Below, one piece after another: positions 59,516 through 64,000 of a DNA stretch of 64,000 nt. Below the pieces are notes generated by a model. The model was not told where the DNA came from and ran no database searches. It saw only the letters and a program-made list of their open reading frames with translations. The DNA comes from a virus. Lineage: Duplodnaviria > Caudoviricetes. The stretch covers positions 32,001 through 96,000 of IMG/VR virus record IMGVR_UViG_3300010346_000241, one strand, 5' to 3'. Each line of letters starts with the position of its first letter. Position 1 is the first letter of the stretch. The translations under genes were made by a program, and so were the position numbers.

Positions 59516-60604
59516 TTATGCGTAGAACAAGTGTATGATATCAATCGGATTCCGAGTGAAGTACTCATTATTGATACTCTCTACACCTGCTACATCTGAT
59601 AACTGAGTCTTAAGCGTGAATGTAGACTCAGGCTTTGTCTGATAGAAATTCGCCTTGTAGAAGAGATCTATTATCTTGTATCTCTCATACAGGTTCATCT
59701 TATCCTTCTTAAGACTAACCTCTTTCAGTATGCCTTCAATAGCATCTGGAGAGTTGTAGCCGTTAAGAATTCTATTGTCTCTTACCATTCCAGTTATCAA
59801 AGATACTGCTCTGGAAGAGCTGAAGTATATCGGCAGATCTAATTCACTGTAACTGGTCATCGCCATATATAACGGAAGTAGTCCAGGAACTAAAAATGCC
59901 TCTAGCGCCGTTTTCATGTGCCTTCTCTGTGTTCTGTACACTGAAACAACGTTGCGTTGATGTACGCAAAATGACGTGTCCCCAGATGACGTTTTGCGTG
60001 GTCTGAAGACAGCCACATTTTCATATTGGCAAGGGATTTGCCACATCATATCATTCTTAGAGATGATTATCGCAGGGGTGTTTATCCCTGCGTCTCTGTG
60101 CTGTTTAATGTCTGTCATTGTTACTATAGAAGAATCCCAAGTTCTTTCCATAAGATATATACCTGGAATATAGGGACAGAGTGTTCGCAGCATCTTAAGA
60201 TTGATGTCAATGATTTTATCGAGGTGTTCATTGTGACAGTAGTGGTTGATAGTAACCCCTTGAGGCTGTTCACTGAACACCAGATAGAACTCTGTTCTTA
60301 CATGATAGCCGCTCCAATAGAATGATCTAAGATGAGCAGCCAGATTCAACAGGGCTGATGTGAGGATATTGGATGAAGACTCAAAGAGTCCATCTGGTCC
60401 TAACAGCGATCTGTTATATATAGACTTGATAATATCATAGCAATCTATATACACAATCAGATTGTCTGAATCCGATCCTGAGAAAGCCTCACTAGTGAGC
60501 TCCCTCAGATTATCATACTTGATGTAGTAAGAGTAGAGTATAGCTTGTACAGGGATATACTCTGAGTTAAAGCCTCTTTTGGCGGGAACGAAGTACATAC
60601 TCAT
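59516..60604 (-). CDS. hypothetical protein, possible degenerate PIN/5'-3' exonuclease fold
   Basis: 362 aa. LIVYID, FYLVFS and AIIISKND...WQ spacing resembles FEN/T4 RNase H, but the acidic catalytic set is incomplete. Confidence 0.4.
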   Translation of the reverse strand: MSMYFVPAKRGFNSEYIPVQAILYSYYIKYDNLRELTSEAFSGSDSDNLIVYIDCYDIIKSIYNRSLLGPDGLFESSSNILTSALLNLAAHLRSFYWSGYHVRTEFYLVFSEQPQGVTINHYCHNEHLDKIIDINLKMLRTLCPYIPGIYLMERTWDSSIVTMTDIKQHRDAGINTPAIIISKNDMMWQIPCQYENVAVFRPRKTSSGDTSFCVHQRNVVSVYRTQRRHMKTALEAFLVPGLLPLYMAMTSYSELDLPIYFSSSRAVSLITGMVRDNRILNGYNSPDAIEGILKEVSLKKDKMNLYERYKIIDLFYKANFYQTKPESTFTLKTQLSDVAGVESINNEYFTRNPIDIIHLFYA

Positions 60605-60900
60605 CCCTCCTTGAGAAGCTTATTGATTATACGACTCATACAGTCGATGCAGATGTCTCCACGAAGGTTTGTGAAGTCCTTATCGTTTCCACATATTGCG
60701 CAGTTATGCATGAAAGTAGCATGCTGTTTCGGCAGAATGTCTGCTTTAAGTACACACGTTTCGTATCTACAGAATCCTCTTGAATCGTGGTTGATACAGG
60801 AAGCATCATCACACTTCTCTATGTAAACACCATCGTCAAGCTTCTTATGTTCGTCATCAGTATTAGATACAATACTGATATCACTTTCATTGTATCCCAT
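60601..60900 (-). CDS. small Cys-rich zinc-finger-like protein
   Basis: CDDASC, CRYETC, CAIC and CIDC. Confidence 0.55.
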   Translation of the reverse strand: MGYNESDISIVSNTDDEHKKLDDGVYIEKCDDASCINHDSRGFCRYETCVLKADILPKQHATFMHNCAICGNDKDFTNLRGDICIDCMSRIINKLLKEG

Positions 60901-61136
60901 TATTTGTAACCTCCTTCAAGATATCCGAGATAAATCTCTTGGGCTACATTGACAGCTTCTACTACGCTATCTTCACAATTGAGGTAGATAGCAAGTTTTC
61001 CGCTGTCGTTCTTGTCAGGTATTATGATTGGTTGTTGATGAGAATCAAGGTTAGATTTGATAAAGTCGAACTTAGTGGGGGTGATTGATATCAACTCCCC
61101 ACGTCCGTTCGTTTCGATGCATACTTTCCACCTCAA
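60900..61136 (-). CDS. hypothetical protein
   Basis: 78-aa ORF coupled to both neighbours. Confidence 0.5.
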   Translation of the reverse strand: MRWKVCIETNGRGELISITPTKFDFIKSNLDSHQQPIIIPDKNDSGKLAIYLNCEDSVVEAVNVAQEIYLGYLEGGYK

Positions 61137-61528
61137 AGTTTCATTAACTCCGATGGATCATAGTATTCATCATCAACCTCTCCTGCTTTTTCGTCATAGA
61201 GCTCATCGCCCTTTCCAAGAACAGTGTTAAGACTTCTTCTGAAATCGTCTCTGTCCTTAAGGCTAGAAATGATATCTTTTGTCTTACCGAAACCAAGGTT
61301 AACAAGTGTTTCAGCAAGAGTGTTGGGTCCTTCAGGTGTCATGAAAGTTACACCCTTAAGAGGGAACTCTCCACCATCAGGCATATTTCTCCAACGACGA
61401 AGCTCAAGGTTTGAAGGTCTGTCTCCCCATTGAACTTCTCTGAGAGCTGTAAACTGGTTCTCTTTCTCTTCGATTATCTCGTCGATACCAGTAATATCGA
61501 AAGTAATCTTAGTACCTGTTTCAGTCAT
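61133..61528 (-). CDS. PC4/YdbC-family ssDNA-binding protein
   Basis: LREVQWGDRPSNLELRRW...KGVTF with an acidic C-terminal tail. Confidence 0.7.
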   Translation of the reverse strand: MTETGTKITFDITGIDEIIEEKENQFTALREVQWGDRPSNLELRRWRNMPDGGEFPLKGVTFMTPEGPNTLAETLVNLGFGKTKDIISSLKDRDDFRRSLNTVLGKGDELYDEKAGEVDDEYYDPSELMKL

Positions 61529-61554
61529 TACATTTCTTCCTTTCATGAAAAAAT

Positions 61555-61579
61555 AGTGGCGGAGTTAAACCCCGCCACT
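61555..61579 (-). terminator. intrinsic terminator
   Basis: AGTGGCGGAG-TTAAA-CCCCGCCACT with an A-run on its left. Confidence 0.6.
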
Positions 61580-61600
61580 TTGTTGTTGCCGCTAGAAAGA

Positions 61601-62623
61601 TCAGATGAACTTTCTCTGCATCGGGATTCCAGTAACGATGACTCCCTGGTTCATGATTGAGTTCACATTTCTCGCTGCAGGATTGTTCTGAAGGATAGCC
61701 TTCATTCTAATAACGTTGATGTTCTGGTAGTCGCCGTTATCGTAAAGGTCAGTACGGAGTTCGCCCTGCCACTCTCTGATGAGCTGTACAGTCCAGCCAT
61801 CATACTTGGTCTTACGAACCCAGATTCCTTCTTTGTTCTTGTGCCAGTCCTCAATTATTGAGTCTTCGCCGTGCTTGAGGATCTCCTCATACAGCTTCAG
61901 ACCATCGAGTGTAACGAGCACTTCATAGATCTTCTGGTTAATGTTATAAGGGTGATTTACCACGTTTACAGTAGTAATCAGATCCCAGTTAACCTGGCCT
62001 TTGTTGTTCTTGATCTGCTTAACGGTGATAGAGCCGTTCTGCGGATTTACAATGCCGACGCAGTCAGGAACATAGTCTTTGATAACTTCCTTGAGGTTAT
62101 CTGTAATGAATACCTCGTTATTCTTAGCAGCCTTGCCGAACTTCATAGCATTGTAGATGCTGAGAGCATCTGATGCTGATGACTCCTTAACGGAACCAAG
62201 CTTAGACTGTACTGCTCTGAACTTAGTGTCATCGTCGTTTTTCTGTGTGTAGATGAAACGAGCAGTTACACTGAAAGTTCCCTGCTGATTGTTCGAATTG
62301 ACGTTGTCATGCCAGTCGCATGCACAACCCTCAAAGTCGAAGAAGATTCCTCTAAGGAACTCCGATGTTTCCTTAAGGACCATGTTGCTGTTCACAGGTA
62401 CAGCATACTGTACGGGAACAGGCTTATAGTCACCCTTCCACTTGATCTTGCCGATCTTCTTTTCTGCGGGTGTATCCTTTGAAGTAGATGATGTATCTAC
62501 TGTTGTAGCTTCGTCCGAACCTGTTGATGCAGCTGTGGGATCTGCTACGGGTGTGTCACTGTCGTCGATATGATCCTTCAGGATCTCATCGAGTACTGTG
62601 CTTTCCATTGACTTAATGCTCAT
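61601..62623 (-). CDS. hypothetical protein, probably highly expressed
   Basis: 340 aa, AAAGGAGG RBS. Both early-type (62695-62711) and late-type (62651-62662) motifs lie upstream; own terminator. Confidence 0.65.
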   Translation of the reverse strand: MSIKSMESTVLDEILKDHIDDSDTPVADPTAASTGSDEATTVDTSSTSKDTPAEKKIGKIKWKGDYKPVPVQYAVPVNSNMVLKETSEFLRGIFFDFEGCACDWHDNVNSNNQQGTFSVTARFIYTQKNDDDTKFRAVQSKLGSVKESSASDALSIYNAMKFGKAAKNNEVFITDNLKEVIKDYVPDCVGIVNPQNGSITVKQIKNNKGQVNWDLITTVNVVNHPYNINQKIYEVLVTLDGLKLYEEILKHGEDSIIEDWHKNKEGIWVRKTKYDGWTVQLIREWQGELRTDLYDNGDYQNINVIRMKAILQNNPAARNVNSIMNQGVIVTGIPMQRKFI

Positions 62624-62694
62624 ATCAAGTCCTCCTTTAGTTATTTTTATTATAATGGAGTTGTCCCTGAAGTAAGAAGCTACCCAAGGACACT

Positions 62695-62711
62695 CCTATT
62701 ATATACATTCA
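62695..62711 (-). promoter_or_regulatory. early-type promoter motif
   Basis: Minus strand TGAATGTATATAATAGG. Confidence 0.6.
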
Positions 62712-62713
62712 AT

Positions 62714-63457
62714 TTATCTTTTAGCAAGCTCATCCATGAAGTCTGCTATTCCTTTCAGATTCTTGTCATCTTCATTGTTGTCTGGATCTAAATCTCTGCT
62801 CTTGCTTGTATAGGTGATCAGATAGAAGTGATCATCTTTATCTACTATCACCTGATATTCCTGAACGATCTTTGAAAGGTTTATAGAGAAGTCATAGTCA
62901 AAGAGCTTATAACCGAGCAGTTCTATATCGAACTGCCTCTCAAACTCTTCGATGAACTGCTCAGCCTCATATTTATCTGTTATGAGATTACAATGCTGAG
63001 TCTCAACGATGCCTGTTTCGATGTGAAACAGCGATAAGATGTTGTATGCTACGACATCATTGCTTATTCCGAGTCTCTTAAGAGTAGTTACATCATCGTT
63101 TACATACAGAGCAAAGACATAGTTATCTTTAGCTTCAATAGCTTTGATCTCTTTCTTGATATGTATAGGCCTCTTTATAGACCATGCATTGTACGCTCTG
63201 ACAACTTTACCATTATCATGTCTAAGCACGAAGTAGTAATCACCCATTACCTTATCTATAGCAAGTGTCATGATAGGCACTAACTCTATACAAGTTTCAG
63301 GTATACCGAGCGAAACTTCGTGTGTCTCAACGTTTTCGTATACTGGTTTGTCTCCATATACATAATCTATATGACGATAGAGCTCATACTCATCATCACT
63401 TATCTTATTGTACCAATAGGTTCCTACCAGTTTCTTGTTATCTGTTTCCTTACTCAT
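62714..63457 (-). CDS. hypothetical protein
   Basis: About 247 aa; AGGAG RBS before ATG 63457. Confidence 0.6.
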   Translation of the reverse strand: MSKETDNKKLVGTYWYNKISDDEYELYRHIDYVYGDKPVYENVETHEVSLGIPETCIELVPIMTLAIDKVMGDYYFVLRHDNGKVVRAYNAWSIKRPIHIKKEIKAIEAKDNYVFALYVNDDVTTLKRLGISNDVVAYNILSLFHIETGIVETQHCNLITDKYEAEQFIEEFERQFDIELLGYKLFDYDFSINLSKIVQEYQVIVDKDDHFYLITYTSKSRDLDPDNNEDDKNLKGIADFMDELAKR

Positions 63458-63470
63458 GGTTACATCTCTC

Positions 63471-64000
63471 CTACTCATCTTTTTTCTGTTGTTCTACATA
63501 GTGATAGCCCTTGATAGTACGGCTATCGATTTCGATCCTACTTTCAGTAGGTGTTACCTGATGCTGATATCTTCCGTTGTAGAGGAAGTCTACATCACCA
63601 TCAGGTTTCTCAAAGTACAGCTGTCCTATGAGGTCATTAGGATAGACTCTCACTGGAACAGTAGCAATCATCTCCAGAGTATAGTGTCCATCAAATCCTA
63701 TATCTCCGAAGCCTGCTGTTGCATGTATCTGCAGACCAAGTCTTCCTATAGAAGATCTTCCGTCGATTGCAGATATATAGAAGTTACTCTTGACTCTTTC
63801 TACTATCGAGCCAATGTACAGCTTACCAGGATAGAGTATGAATCCTTCTTCTGGTATTGTACGTTCATAGTCAGGTTTGTTCTTCTCCCTAGTGTCCAAA
63901 ACTCTATGCTCCTGATATATCTTAATAGTATCAGCGAGATGGACATTGTAACTGTTTGGGTTGATACAAGATATGTCGAACGGCGTTATCTGTATCTCCT
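63471..64000 (-). CDS. dcd: dCTP deaminase (5' end beyond the window)
   Basis: The frame is open to the window edge: ITPFD...INPNSYNVHL, GRSSIGRLGL, AGFGDIGFDGHYTLE, IGQLYF, YNGRYQ. Confidence 0.88.
   Translation of the reverse strand, partial: EIQITPFDISCINPNSYNVHLADTIKIYQEHRVLDTREKNKPDYERTIPEEGFILYPGKLYIGSIVERVKSNFYISAIDGRSSIGRLGLQIHATAGFGDIGFDGHYTLEMIATVPVRVYPNDLIGQLYFEKPDGDVDFLYNGRYQHQVTPTESRIEIDSRTIKGYHYVEQQKKDE

Noticed and set aside
1-64000. Stop-codon reassignment, as in some gut jumbo phages
   Set aside because: Standard-code ORFs tile the window, including one of 4415 aa. TAA, TAG and TGA all end genes, and the nrdD breaks are explained by introns.
1-64000. CRISPR array, tRNA or rRNA genes, integrase, phage nucleus shell or tubulin genes
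   Set aside because: No repeat-spacer array, cloverleaf or recognisable motif was seen. Intergenic gaps are short and explained by promoters and terminators. Absence from this window says nothing about the rest of the genome.

Overview
This 64 kb window is a segment of a large tailed phage genome of the phiKZ/AR9(PBS1)-like jumbo class. It has about 40% GC by eye, standard genetic code and strong GGAGG Shine-Dalgarno sites; with the class III RNR and the peptidoglycan hydrolase domains, this points to an anaerobic Gram-positive (Firmicutes-type) host (inference). Main contents: (1) an nrdD gene split by two group I introns (3081-4290 with a LAGLIDADG ORF; 6020-6822 with an HNH ORF) and a 178-aa mini-intein at the catalytic Cys; (2) a head module with major capsid protein, acidic scaffold-like protein and a zincin; (3) a minus-strand block with SF2 helicase, the C-terminal part of a multisubunit RNAP beta-prime subunit, and the motif B/C half of a split family-B DNA polymerase; (4) a 4415-aa tape-measure-like protein ending in C39-like peptidase, phage tail lysozyme and M23 domains; (5) RusA-like resolvase, baseplate and tail genes; (6) four tandem paralogous internal-head genes; (7) a PC4/YdbC-like gene and a dCTP deaminase cut off by the window end. 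The non-coding DNA contains 15 copies of an AAC(A/T/C)/TACA-N6-TA motif, matching the uracil-dependent late promoter of AR9 non-virion RNAP, and 5 copies of a TGTATA-NN-AT early-type motif. With dcd and an apparent absence of CCGG, this suggests a deoxyuridine-DNA, self-transcribing jumbo phage. Five putative head proteins share an N-terminal M-G/A-I-Y/F-S tag, a candidate capsid-targeting signal. All assignments are from motif recognition by eye; no database search was run.
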